Assembly (NCBI GenBank): GCA_964016885.1
Contig: OZ024740.1
Span: forward strand, 324,570,001-324,634,000
DNA: 64,000 nt
Direction: 5' to 3'
DNA from: Eledone cirrhosa
Lineage: Eukaryota
The notes beneath the pieces were generated by a model, which was not told the origin of the DNA, ran no database searches, and worked only from the letters and a program-made list of their open reading frames with translations. Both the position numbers and the translations under genes were made by a program. Shown piece by piece: positions 43,400-58,265 of the stretch (position 1 is the stretch's first letter; each line of letters starts with the position of its first letter).

Positions 43400-46300
43400 A
43401 ACAACAAACAAAGGCCACATAAAACAATACAACCACAACAACAACTACACCAACAACAAATGCTACATCAACAAATACAACCACTACAACAACCACAGTA
43501 CCACCCCAACAACTACACTACCACCTCAACAACAACACTATCACCAACAACACCAACAACACCAACAACAACAACAACCACACTACCACCCCAACAACTA
43601 CACTACCACCTCAACAACAACACTATCACCAACAACACCAACAACAACAACCACACTACCACACCAACAACTACACTACCACCTCAACAACCACACCAAC
43701 CACACCAACCACACTACTACTCCAACAACTGCACTACCACCTCAACAACAACACTATCACCAACAACACCAACCACACCAACCACACTACCACTCCAACA
43801 ACTACACTACCACCTCAACAACAACACTATCACCTACAACACCAACCACACCAACCACACTACCACACCAACAACTACACTACCACCTCAACAACAACAC
43901 TATCACCAACAACACCAACCACACCAACCACACTACCACTCCAACAACTACACTACCACCTCAACAACAACACTATCACCAACAACACCAACCACACCAA
44001 CCACACTACCACCCCAACAACTACACTACCACCTCAACAACAACACCAACCACACCAACCACACTACTACTCCAACAACTACACTACCACCTCAACAACA
44101 ACACTATCACCAACAACACCAACCACACCAACCACACTACCACTCCAACAACTACACTACCACCTCAACAACAACACTATCACCAACAACACCAACCACA
44201 ACGACCACACTTCTACTCCAACAACTACACTACCACCTCAACAACAACACTATCACCAACAACACCAACCACACCAACCACACTACCACTCCAACAACTA
44301 CACTACCACCTCAACAACAACACTATCACCAACAACACCAACCACACCAACCACACTACCACCCCAACAACTACACTACCACCTCAACAACAACACCAAC
44401 CACACCAACCACACTACTACTCCAACAACTACACTACCACCTCAACAACAACACTATCACCAACAACACCAACCAAACCAACCACACTACCACTCCAACA
44501 ACTACACTACCACCTCAACAACAACACTATCACCTACAACACCAACCGCACCAACCACACTACCACCCCAACAACTACACTACCACCTCAACAACAACAC
44601 CAACCACACCAACCACACTACCACTCCAACAACTACACTACCACCTCAACAACAACACTATCACCTACAACACCAACCACACCAACCACACTACCACCCC
44701 AACAACTACACTACCACCTCAACAACAACACTATCACCAACAACACCAACCACACTACCACCCCAACAACTACACTACCACCTCAACAACAACACCAACC
44801 ACACCAACCACACTACCACTCCAACAACTACACTACCACCTCAACAACAACACTATCACCAACAACACCAACCACACCAACCACACTACCACCCCAACAA
44901 CTACACTACCACCTCAACAACAACACCAACCACACCAACCACACTACCACACCAACAACTACACTACCACCTCAACAACAACACCAACCACACCAACCAC
45001 ACTACCACTCCAACAACTACACTACCACCTCAACAACAACACTATCACCAACAACACCAACCACACCAACCACACTACCACTCCAACAACTACACTACCA
45101 CCTCAACAACAACACCAACCAAACCAACCACACTACCACTCCAACAACTACACTACCACCTCAACAACAACACTATCACCTACAACACCAACCGCACCAA
45201 CCACACTACCACCCCAACAACTACACTACCACCTCAACAACAACACCAACCACACCAACCACACTACTACTCCAACAACTACACTACCACCTCAACAACA
45301 ACACCAACCACACCAACCACACTACCACCCCAACAACTACACTACCACCTCAACAACAACACCAACCACACCAACCACACTACTACTCCAACAACTACAC
45401 TACCACCTCAACAACAACACTATCACCTACAACACCAACCACACCAACCACACTACCACTCCAACAACTACACTACCACCTCAACAACAACACTATCACC
45501 AACAACACCAACCACACCAACCACACTACCACCCCAACAACTACACTACCACCTCAACAACAACACCAACCACACCAACCACACTACCACTCCAACAACT
45601 ACACTACCACCTCAACAACAACACTATCACCAACAACACCAACCACACCAACCACACTACCACCCCAACAACTACACTACCACCTCAACAACAACACCAA
45701 CCACACCAACCACACTACCACCCCAACAACTACACTACCACCTCAACAACAACACCAACCACACCAACCACACTACCACCCCAACAACTACACTACCACC
45801 TCAACAACAACACCAACCACACCAACCACACTACCACCCCAACAACTACACTACCACCTCAACAACAACACCAACCACACCAACCACACTACCACCCCAA
45901 CAACTACACTACCACCTCAACAACAACACCAACCACACCAACCACACTACTACTCCAACAACTACACTACCACCTCAACAACAACACTATCACCAACAAC
46001 ACCAACCACACCAACCACACTACCACCCCAACAACTACACTACCACCTCAACAACAACACCAACCACTCCAACCACACTACCACTCCAACAACTACACTA
46101 CCACCTCAACAACAACACTATCACCAACAACACCAACCACACCAACCACACTACCACCCCAACAACTACACTACCACCTCAACAACAACACCAACCACAC
46201 CAACCACACTACCACACCAACAACTACACTACCACCTCAACAACAACACCAACCACACCAACCACACTACCACCCCAACAACTACACTACCACCTCAACA

Positions 46301-49300
46301 ACAACACCAACCACACCAACCACACTACCACCCCAACAACTACACTACCACCTCAACAACAACACCAACCACACCAACCACACTACTACTCCAACAACTA
46401 CACTACCACCTCAACAACAACACTATCACCAACAACACCAACCACACCAACCACACTACCACCCCAACAACTACACTACCACCTCAACAACAACACCAAC
46501 CACACCAACCACACTACCACTCCAACAACTACACTACCACCTCAACAACAACACTATCACCAACAACACCAACCACACCAACCACACTACCACCCCAACA
46601 ACTACACTACCACCTCAACAACAACACCAACCACACCAACCACACTACCACACCAACAACTACACTACCACCTCAACAACAACACCAACCACACCAACCA
46701 CACTACCACCCCAACAACTACACTACCACCTCAACAACAACACCAACCACACCAACCACACTACCACCCCAACAACTACACTACCACCTCAACAACAACA
46801 CCAACCACACCAACCACACTACCACCCCAACAACTACACTACCACCTCAACAACAACACCAACCACACCAACCACACTACCACCCCAACAACTACACTAC
46901 CACCTCAACAACAACACCAACCACACCAACCACACTACTACTCCAACAACTACACTACCACCTCAACAACAACACTATCACCAACAACACCAACCACACC
47001 AACCACACTACCACCCCAACAACTACACTACCACCTCAACAACAACACCAACCACACCAACCACACTACCACTCCAACAACTACACTACCACCTCAACAA
47101 CAACACTATCACCAACAACACCAACCACACCAACCACACTACCACCCCAACAACTACACTACCACCTCAACAACAACACCAACCACACCAACCACACTAC
47201 CACACCAACAACTACACTACCACCTCAACAACAACACTATCACCAACAACACCAACCAAACCAACCACACTACCACTCCAACAACTACACTACCACCTCA
47301 ACAACAACACTATCACCTACAACACCAACCACACCAACCACACTACCACCCCAACAACTACACTACCACCTCAACAACAACACCAACCACACCAACCACA
47401 CTACTACTCCAACAACTACACTACCACCTCAACAACAACACTATCACCAACAACACCAACCACACCAACCACACTACCACTCCAACAACTACACTACCAC
47501 CTCAACAACAACACTATCACCTACAACACCAACCACACCAACCACACTACCACCCCAACAACTACACTACCACCTCAACAACAACACTATCACCAACAAC
47601 ACCAACCACACCAACCACACTACTACTACACTACTACTCCAACAACTACACTACCACCTCAACAACAACACTATCACCTACAACACCAACCACACCAACC
47701 ACACTACCACCCCCAACAACTACACTACCCACCTCAACAACAACACTATCACCAACAACACCAACCACACCAACCACACTACCACCCCAACAACTACACT
47801 ACCACCTCAACAACAACACCAACCACACCAACCACACTACCACTCCAACAACTACACTACCACCTCAACAACAACACCAACCACACCAACCACACTACCA
47901 CTCCAACAACTACACTACCACCTCAACAACAACACTATCACCTACAACACCAACCACACCAACCACACTACCACTCCAACAACTACACTACCACCTCAAC
48001 AACAACACTATCACCAACAACACCAACCAAACCAACCACACTACCACTCCAACAACTACACTACCACCTCAACAACAACACTATCACCTACAACACCAAC
48101 CACACCAACCACACTACCACTCCAACAACTACACTACCACCTCAACAACAACACCAACCACACCAACCACACTACCACTCCAACAACTACACTACCACCT
48201 CAACAACAACACCAACCACACCAACCACACTACCACCCCAACAACTACACTACCACCTCAACAACAACACTATCACCAACAACACCAACCACACCAACCA
48301 CACTACTACTCCAACAACTACACTACCACCTCAACAACAACACTATCACCAACAACACCAACCACACCAACCACCCACAACCTACCACCCCAACAACTAC
48401 ACTACCACCTCAACAACAACACCAACCACACCAACCACACTACCACTCCAACAACTACACTACACCTCAACAACAAACACACCAACCACACCAACCACAC
48501 TACCACTCCAACAACTACACTACCACCTCAACAACAACACTATCACCAACAACACCAACCACACCAACCACACTACCACTCCAACAACTACACTACCACC
48601 TCAACAACAACACTATCACCTACAACACCAACCACACCAACCACACTACCACCCCAACAACTACACTACCACCTCAACAACAACACCAACCACACCAACC
48701 ACATTACTACTCCAACAACTACACTACCACCTCAACAACAACACTATCACCAACAACACCAACCACACCAACCACACTACCACCCCAACAACTACACTAC
48801 CACCTCAACAACAACACCAACCACACCAACCACACTACCACTCCAACAACTACACTACCACCTCAACAACAACACTATCACCTACAACACCAACCACACC
48901 AACCACACTAACACCCCAACAACTACACTACCACCTCAACAACAACACCAACCACACCAACCACACTACCACTCCAACAACTACACTACCACCTCAACAA
49001 CAACACTATCACCTACAACACCAACCACACCAACCACACTAACACCCCAACAACTACACTACCACCTCAACAACAACACCAAACACACCAACCACACTAC
49101 CACTCCAACAACTACACTACCACCTCAACAACAACACTATCACCAACAACACCAACCACACCAACCACACTACCACTCCAACAACTACACTACCACCTCA
49201 ACAACAACACTATCACCAACAACACCAACAACAACAACCACACTACCACTCCAACAACTACACTACCACCTCAACAACAACACTATCACCTACAACACCA

Positions 49301-51750
49301 ACCACACCAACCACACTACCACTCCAACAACTACACTACCACCTCAACAACAACACTATCACCAACAACACCAACCACACCAACCACACTACTACTCCAA
49401 CAACTACACTACCACCTCAACAACCACACTATCACCAACAACACCAACCACACTACCACCAACACCAACCACAACAACTACACTACCACCTCAACAACCA
49501 CACTATCACCAACAACAACAACCACAACAACCACCACAACCACAACAACCACAACAACCACACCACCAACAACAACAACCACCCCAAACTACACTACCAC
49601 CTCAACAACCACACTACTACCAACAACATCAACCACAACAAGCCCAACAACTACACTAACACCTCAACAACCACACTATCACCAACAACACCAACCACAA
49701 CAACCACACTACCACTCCAACAACTACACTACCACCTCAACAACCCCACTACCACTCCAACAACTACGCTACCACCTCACCAACCACACTATCACCAACA
49801 ACACCAACTACAACAACCACACTACCACTCCAACAACTACACTACCACCTCAACAACCACACTACCACTCCAACAACTACACTACCACCCCAACAACCAC
49901 ACTACCACCAACAACACCGACCACAACCACCACAACAACAACTCTAACACTCCAACAACCACAACAACCACAACAACCACAACAACCACCACAACAACCA
50001 CACTACCACCAACAATAGCAACCACAACAACCACAACAACCACACTACCACCACAATAACCACACTACCACCAACATACCAACCAACAACAACCACAACA
50101 ACCAGAACAACCACAACAACCACAACAACCACACTACCACCACAACAACCACACTACCACCACAACAACCAGACTACCCCCACAACAACCACACTACCAC
50201 CAACATATCAACCAACAACAACCACAACAATCACAACAACCACAACAACCACACTACCACCTCAACAACCACACTACCACCAACAACACCAACCACACTA
50301 CCACCAACAACAAACACACTACCACCAACAACACCAACCACAACAACCACAGCAACCACAACAACCACACTACCACCTCAACAACCACACTACCACCTCA
50401 ACAACCACACTACCACCTCAACAACCACACTACCACCAACAACACCAACCACACTACCACACCCAACAAACACACTACCACCAACAACACCAACCACAAC
50501 AACCACAACAACCACACTACCACCTCAACAACCACACTACCACCTGAACAACCCCACTACCACCACAACAACCACACTACCACCAACAATAGCAACCACA
50601 ACCACCAAACAACCACATTACCACCACAACAACCACACTACCACCAACAATAGCAACCACAACAACCACAACAACCACACTACCACCAGAACAACCACAC
50701 TACCACCAACAACACCAACCACAACAACCACAACAACCACAACAACCACACTACCACCTCAACAACCACACTACCACCACAACAACCACACTACCACCTC
50801 AACAACCACACTACCACCAACAACACCAACCACAACAACCACAACAACCACACTACCACCACAACAACCACACTACCACCAACAACACCAACCACAACAA
50901 CCACAACAACCACAACAACCACAACAACCACACAACCACCACAACAGCCACACTACCACCACAACAACCACACTACCACCAACAACACCAACCACAACAA
51001 CCACAACAACCACAACAACCACAACAACCACAACAACCACACTACCACCACAACAACCACACTACCACCAACAACACCAACCACAACAACCACAACAACC
51101 TCAACAACCACAACAACCACACTACCATCAACAACACCAACCACAACAACCACAACAACCACAACAACCACAACAACCACAACAACCACACTACCACCAT
51201 AACAGCCACACTACCACCACAACAACCACACTACCACCAACCACAACAACCACAACACCACAACAACCACAACAACCACAACAGCCACACTACCACCACA
51301 ACAACCACACTACCACCACAACAACCACAACAACCACAACAATCACACTACCACCAACAATACCAACCACAACAACCACAACAACCACACTACCTCCTCA
51401 ACAACCACACTACCACCAACAACACCAACAACACCAACCACACTACCACCACCAACAACAACCACACTACCACCACAACAACCACACTACCACCAACAAC
51501 ACCAACCACACTACCACCAACAACACCAACCACACTACCACCAACAACACCAACCGCAACACCAACCACAACAACCACACAACCACCAACAACATCAACC
51601 ACACTACCACCAACAACACCAACACCAACAACACCAACCACACTACCACCACAACAACCACACTACCACCAACAACACCAACCACACTACCACCAACAAC
51701 ACCAACCACAACACCAACCAAAATAACCACACAACCACCAACAACATCAA
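43400..51750. repeat. 8.3-kb C/A-rich satellite; core of interspersed 58-bp and 73-bp units
   Basis: 58-mer caaccacaccaaccacactaccaccccaacaactacactaccacctcaacaacaacac with an optional 15-mer tatcaccaacaacac. Degenerates to 9-mers and 20-mers after about 49400. Confidence 0.95.
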
Positions 51751-52113
51751 CCATAAAAACCAGGCCCCGTAATAAATTTACATTTCCCTTTATAACTTCA
51801 GTGAAATAAAAATACAAGCGAGCCGACAGTTTGTCTGGGAGACCAAGTAAAATCCTATTTTGCAGGTTAGCTGTCTGGTTGATGGGAACCTGTCATAGAA
51901 ATGCGGTGAGAAAAAGTCACCTTTATATATAAGACAATGAGATTTTATTGAGTTGTATTGAAGAACCTGATTGGAAATCAACGTAGTGGCACCAGCTGAT
52001 CTATCGTACTAATTCTTCAAGTCATAATCTTCAAATGTTTCAGCTAATGAATAAATGAATAAATGAATAATTAAATAGACGGATTTAATTTATAATTAGA
52101 ACAGTGAAAATAT

Positions 52114-52114
<1 letters not shown>

Positions 52115-52167
<53 letters not shown>

Positions 52168-52244
52168 GTAGTAGTTGTAGTAGTAGTAGCAGTAGTAGTA
52201 GTAGTAGTAGTTGTAGTAGTAGTAGCAGTAGTAGTAGTAGTAGC

Positions 52245-52291
<47 letters not shown>

Positions 52292-52324
52292 TAGTAGTAG
52301 TAGTAGCAGTAGTAGTATTAGTAT

Positions 52325-52361
<37 letters not shown>

Positions 52362-52757
52362 TGGGTGGGTGGGGGTTGATCAAGGTGGTGGTGGTGATAG
52401 TAGTAGTGATGGGGTGGGGTGGTAGTGGGGGTGGCGTTGGTCAAGGTGGTGGTGGTGATAGTAGTAGTAGTAGTGGTGGGGTCGGGTGGTAGTGGGCGTG
52501 GTGTTGGTCAAGGTGGTGGTGGTGATAGTAATAGTAGTAGTAGTAGTGGTGGGGTGGGGGTGGTAGTGGGGGTGGGGTGGTCAAGGTGGTGGTGGTGATA
52601 GTAATAGTAGTAGTAGGAGTGGTGGGGTGGGGTGGTAGCGGGGGTGGGGTGGTCAAGGTGGTGGTGGTGATAGTAGTAGTAGTAGTAGTAGTGGTGGGGT
52701 TGGGTGGTAGTGGGGGTGGCGTTGGTCAAGGTGGTGGTGGTGATAGTAGTAGTAGTA
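52115..52757. repeat. (GTA)n plus about 6 units of 60-75 bp (ggtcaaggtggtggtggtgatagtag...)
   Basis: Direct periodicity. Confidence 0.9.
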
Positions 52758-53004
52758 GGCAGAGGAAACAGAAGAAGAGTAAGTAGATTATCCTCATTAT
52801 CTAGGATGATGCCAATGATCAAGTTGATTAACATATATTAAAAGACACTAATTAAAGACTGTTAATTAATTAAGATTAAGGAATAAACTTCATCAACTTA
52901 CAATATTGTCTCAGACAGCAGCCATCTTTATCTTCAGTTTCATTGGAGTGAAGTGACTGAAAGTACACAACTCCTGGCCTACCTGGACAGGACACGAAAT
53001 GGTT

Positions 53005-53742
53005 AAAGTGCTTCTGTTTATTGAAAACCTTTCCACCCTAAATTTTTGTAAGAATATTTACTATGCTCCAAATACTAATTTAATAATAAGAATGTTAGTT
53101 ATATTACTAATTCCCTCCAAGTTCTTGATTATTTTCAAAATTATTTGAGAATCATAGACAATGTCTTTCATTAGAAATATGATAATGAAAGGGCAAATAT
53201 ATTTATATTTCACCCAAAAATCTTCCATCATAAACTTAAGAAATTATGATCCAAACACCAGCTTAACAATGAACCGCCCTACCAAAAAGAAATTCCTGAT
53301 TATTTTCAAAATATGTGAAAATTTAGATATATAGCAATAGTTAACGTATTTATATTTATTGTGCATCATAATTTTATAAAAGAACCTTTGTTATGTTCCA
53401 AACTCTAACAGTTAGTTTATTATATTATTCAAATTCTCGATTGTTTTGAAAATTATTTGAATATGATAGATTGTGTCTTTCATAAGAAATATGGTAACGA
53501 AAGGACATATATGTATCTAAAAACATTACATCATAATCTTAAATAAGAAATTTTATTACCTTAATAATAAGAAAGTCGATTATATATTTATACATCTCTC
53601 TAAAGTTAGATGTGTATTTGTACATCCTTCTCAAGCCGCTTATATATTTGTACATTCCTCTAAAATCTTAATCATTTTCGAACTTACTTGAAAAGCATCG
53701 ACAGAACATTATATTTGAAATATGGTTAACGAAAGAGTTAAA
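53005..53742 (-). mobile_element. Cluster of decayed copies of the TTAA-flanked AT-rich MITE family
   Basis: Repeated atggtaacgaaag(a/g)gttaa ends and ccaaacaccagcttaa.aat internal motifs matching 59932-60147. Relatives at about 34210-34590. Confidence 0.5.
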
Positions 53743-54064
53743 CAGTAAGTTGAAGGCGGTTGTTTACTGTATGAAACAATCCAATAAACTGGAGAAGTCT
53801 TTAGAGACCGATGATGATAGAAGCTGGCATGGAGTTTGGTACCGATAAATAAGACTAAACCACTTTCTACCTATCAACGTATACGATGTAGACGAAAACA
53901 CCTGAATAAACACAATAAAGTAAGGATACAACCCCCACTCACACACAAACACACACATACACACGCGCTCGCGCGAACACACACATACACACGCGCTCGC
54001 GCGAACACACACACACACACACACACACGACATATATATATATATCAGAGCATCAATCGTAATA

Positions 54065-54126
<62 letters not shown>

Positions 54127-54372
54127 GTAATACTTTTTGCTACTTCAACGCCACTCCAGGCAGTAGCTTGTACAAACAAAGAGAGATAACTCAGTACAGA
54201 TGTTGGATAATATAACAGCTAAAAGAACAAAAACCAAACCGTGGAGAAAAAATAAAAATAAAAAAATAAAATAAATATGGACTGCTTTGGAATGTTTTGT
54301 ATAATATAATCCGGACCTTAATTTGTTGGAAAGGCCACATACGTGCAGATACACCAAATCCGGTGCTATCAT

Positions 54373-54557
54373 TAATTGTTTCTACTTTAGGCACAAGGCC
54401 AGCAAAAATCCAGTGCATTACTGGTACTTTATTTTATCGACCCCGTAAGGATGAAAGGCAAAGTCAACCTCGGCGGGATTTGAACTCAGATCGTAAAGGG
54501 ACGTAACTATGTTGGAAAGCATGGCGTCCGACCCTCTACCGATACTGCCAATCCGCC
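54373..54557 (-). mobile_element. Main SINE, full length
   Basis: Same diagnostic motifs as the other copies. Confidence 0.85.
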
Positions 54558-54987
54558 AACTAAGCAGCCACCAAGGGCACATACCTCAGAGAGACCCATT
54601 ACTAAACCCTAAATACTTAGGGTGCTGAACTCATGATAATAAAGTTACGGGTTTGATTCCTGGAACTGATGGTGCGTTGTTTTCTTGTGTAAGATGCATT
54701 ATTTCTCGTTTTTCTTGATAGGATTGGGCCCACTATGATTAAAACACCCGAGAAAGCTCCTATGAGATCAACTCCGTCAGAAGTCAGTTAAGCCTGCTAA
54801 AGTGTGAACTGTAATAACAACATGATATAACTGGAACCCCCCATTACTGAAACACCCTAAAAACCTTCCCTGTGATGCAAATTTGTAGGAATTCAACTAA
54901 TCCTACAAAGATGTGAAGTGTAAATTTCATTATTATATTTCATTTTTAGAGTGCAGACCTCAGAGAGGACCATTAGTGATCCTTAAA

Positions 54988-55174
54988 CGGTGGATTGGCA
55001 GTATCAGTAGAGGGTCGGACGCCATGCTTTCCAGCATAGTTACGTCCCTTTACGATCTGAGTTCAAATCCCGCCGAGGTTGACTTTGCTTTTCATCCTTA
55101 CGTGGTCGATAAAATAAAGTACCAGTAATGCACTGGGTAATTGCTGGCCTTGTGCCTAAAGTAGAAACAATTAT
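54988..55174 (+). mobile_element. Main SINE, full length, with 11-bp target-site duplication
   Basis: TSD TGATCCTTAAA at 54977-54987 and 55175-55185. Confidence 0.9.
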
Positions 55175-56069
55175 TGATCCTTAAATGATCACATTGTTAT
55201 ACAAATTTGTATAATTTATTTAAATGTATAACATCTTCCTCGCTTAAAACATTTTTTCCGCACTGCAACGCTGTGGAAATATCCAAAGTGGTGGAGTGGG
55301 TCACCTGTTTTTATAACCTGTAATAGGAATTGGCGTGGGTGGGTGTGTATTGCGTAGTAGAAAATCCAGATTTTTCAGCTTACCAAATTAGTTACACTTA
55401 TTATATTTGGGAGAATATGGTACATTTATACTGCTTCCGGACCATCAGTTGCCGGACAAAAGGGTGTGTGCTTCTATTTAATTTCATACTAGCATAAAAT
55501 ATGTAATAGTTACTAGCTTTTAGAGATACTTAAAACGTGGGAGAGTGAAAGAGAGATTGTGTTTGAGAGAGAGAGAGAGAGGGGGAGAAAGAATGACGTT
55601 TGTATATATATGTGAGAGGAAGAGAGAAAGAGAGAGAAAGAAAGAGAGAAAGAGAGAAAAAGAGAGAGAGAGAAAGAGAGAAAGAGAGAGAGAGAGAGAA
55701 AGAGAGAGCGTGTATGTGTTGTGTTTTAGAGAGAGAAAAGGTGAGTGTGACAGGAAGAAAATGTGTGACTGTATGTGAAAGAGATAGTGTGTTTATGAGA
55801 GAGAAGGAAAAAGTGTGTCTGCGTGATACTGAGTGTGTGTGTGTTTCTGTGAGAGATAGAGAGAGTGTGTCTGTGTGTGAGTGGGTGTGAGCGTGTCTGT
55901 GTGAGTGTGAGTGTGTGTGTCTGTGTGTGTGTGAGTGTGTGTGTGTCTGTGTGTGTGTGTCTGTCTGTGTGTGAGTGTGTCTGTATGTGTGTGAGTGTGT
56001 GTGTGTGTCTGTGTGTGTGTGTGTCTGTCTGTGTGTGAGTGTGTCTGTATGTGTGTGAGTGTGTGTGTG

Positions 56070-56103
<34 letters not shown>

Positions 56104-56451
56104 AGACAAATAAACAGAGAAAGTATAAATGGTACTACTGTTTATCTGTTGAGTTGCAGAAATAGCAGAACTGAAAGAAGGTAAGTCAGAATGGTAATTA
56201 AGGAAACGTTAGTAGTTGAGAAAATATTCCAGCTTATGCAAAAGTCTGTATTTGGAGAAAACGATACAATGTGGGGAAAGACATATACTTACCTCTTCAA
56301 ATGGCTGTCACACCTTTTATAGACAGGTATCTACTAAACTGTAATAATGCTATGTACATGCAGTACAAACTTTATAATAACGAAATATGTAAAATGACAG
56401 TAAACAAAGGTACGGGAATGGATATGTGGTTAAGGAATTTGTATATATATA

Positions 56452-56600
56452 TCTATCTATCTAAGGCGGGTAAAATTCCCGAGATCCATAGACGAGTTCT
56501 CTCCAGCGGTCTCTGTCCCTCATTATCGCTGCCATGTCCTGCGTCTCCAACAGACCAGTGTCTGACCTTAGGGCATCAACATACGTCAACCTTGGTTCCT
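56452..56600 (-). mobile_element. Non-LTR retrotransposon 3' end (RTE-group-like)
   Basis: PRLTYVDALRSDTGLLETQDMAAIMRDRDRWRELV...*, followed by an (ATAG)n tail. Confidence 0.7.
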
Positions 56601-56638
56601 CTTCCAGTGTGTCAGTGTATATATATATATGTATATAT

Positions 56639-56925
56639 AAGTAGAAGGGATATTTAATTTGTTGGAAATACAACAAATAAATATAAATGCTTATAACTGA
56701 TTCAGAGCACTCGACAGCTTTCTTGAGTAAATATTCAATGATATTAATCCTTTTCAGGGATAACTTGAACCGTTAAGGTATATTATCCTTGGTCATGTCA
56801 AATATTTATAAAACATTTTGTATTTTATCTGATGATAGCGTACCAAAATTGTTGGTACCCTTGAAATATATATAATTGAATAAATGTGGTTTTATAAATA
56901 TAGTTTCCATTTATTTAATATCATT
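56639..56925 (-). mobile_element. Family C copy 4 with HHR at 56822-56881 (+)
   Basis: Tail homologous to 1293-1384. HHR reads ATTTTAT-CTGATGA-tagcGTACCAA-aattg-TTGGTACcctt-GAAA-TATATA-TA. Confidence 0.7.
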
Positions 56926-57058
56926 TTATATATGTATATATATATATATATATATAAATATAAATTAGCGAGAATCGTATTTCGGCAACAACATAAGTTA
57001 AAAGGCCAAACACACTGACACGATGGTTAAACCATTACCCGCACAGCCATAGAAACGA

Positions 57059-57120
<62 letters not shown>

Positions 57121-57141
57121 TTATATATATCTATTTATATA

Positions 57142-57225
<84 letters not shown>

Positions 57226-57262
57226 ACAAACTAAATATAACCTCTACATATATATATATATA

Positions 57263-57486
57263 TGTAAGAATATTTTCGAAACAGCGAGTTGATTTGAAAT
57301 TATTAGAAATGTAAGCTATCGCCGTATTTTGACTAAAGAAATTAAAGAAATTATTTAGCCTGATAGTGGGGTTAAGAACCCTCGGAGAATGTACGTCAAT
57401 ACTCATCTTTTTCCATTTCTCCGAGGGTTCTTAACCCCACTATCAGGCTAAATAATTTCTTTAATTTCTTTAGTCAAAATACGGCG
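57263..57486 (-). mobile_element. Fold-back insertion in (TA)n (arms 57320-57391 and 57414-57486, tail 57263-57319)
   Basis: Near-perfect inverted repeat of about 72 bp plus a one-sided extension. Confidence 0.65.
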
Positions 57487-57636
57487 CATTTATAATAATA
57501 TATATATATATATATAACTAAGAATGTGTGGTAAGATACTAGGTGGACCATAACGCACCAGAGTACTTGATACTTCGGGTAGTAGAATGTGCAGGAGCTC
57601 AGCCGTCGGGGTCTTGACTCTTTCTTTCTTTCTCTC

Positions 57637-58054
<418 letters not shown>

Positions 58055-58265
58055 CATCCTTAATGTAGTTCTCAGGGAAATACCATGCGACACGGTGTGT
58101 TACAGAACTGACGTTTTGAACTCGAGGTACAATCCATTTTTTCTAGCTGAATGGACTGAAACAACGCGAAATATAGTGTCTTTGTCAAGGGCACAACACG
58201 TCGACGGGAATCGAACTCACGACGTTACGATCGTGAGCCGGTCACTTTAATCACCAAGGCACTCC
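58055..58265 (-). mobile_element. Second SINE family (CORE-like)
   Basis: Minus-strand B-box GAGTTCGATTCCC followed by gtgttgtgcccttgacaaagacact. Confidence 0.65.

Noticed and set aside
43460-49042. 1860-aa Thr/Pro/Gln/His ORF as a mucin-like gene
   Set aside because: It lies in a nearly G-free satellite where TAG and TGA cannot form. The 58- and 73-bp units are not multiples of 3, so the peptide cycles through all frames.
52770-52860. MLINLIIGIILDN as an ion-channel S6 segment
   Set aside because: In-frame stop two codons upstream, no splice donor, and no other channel segments.
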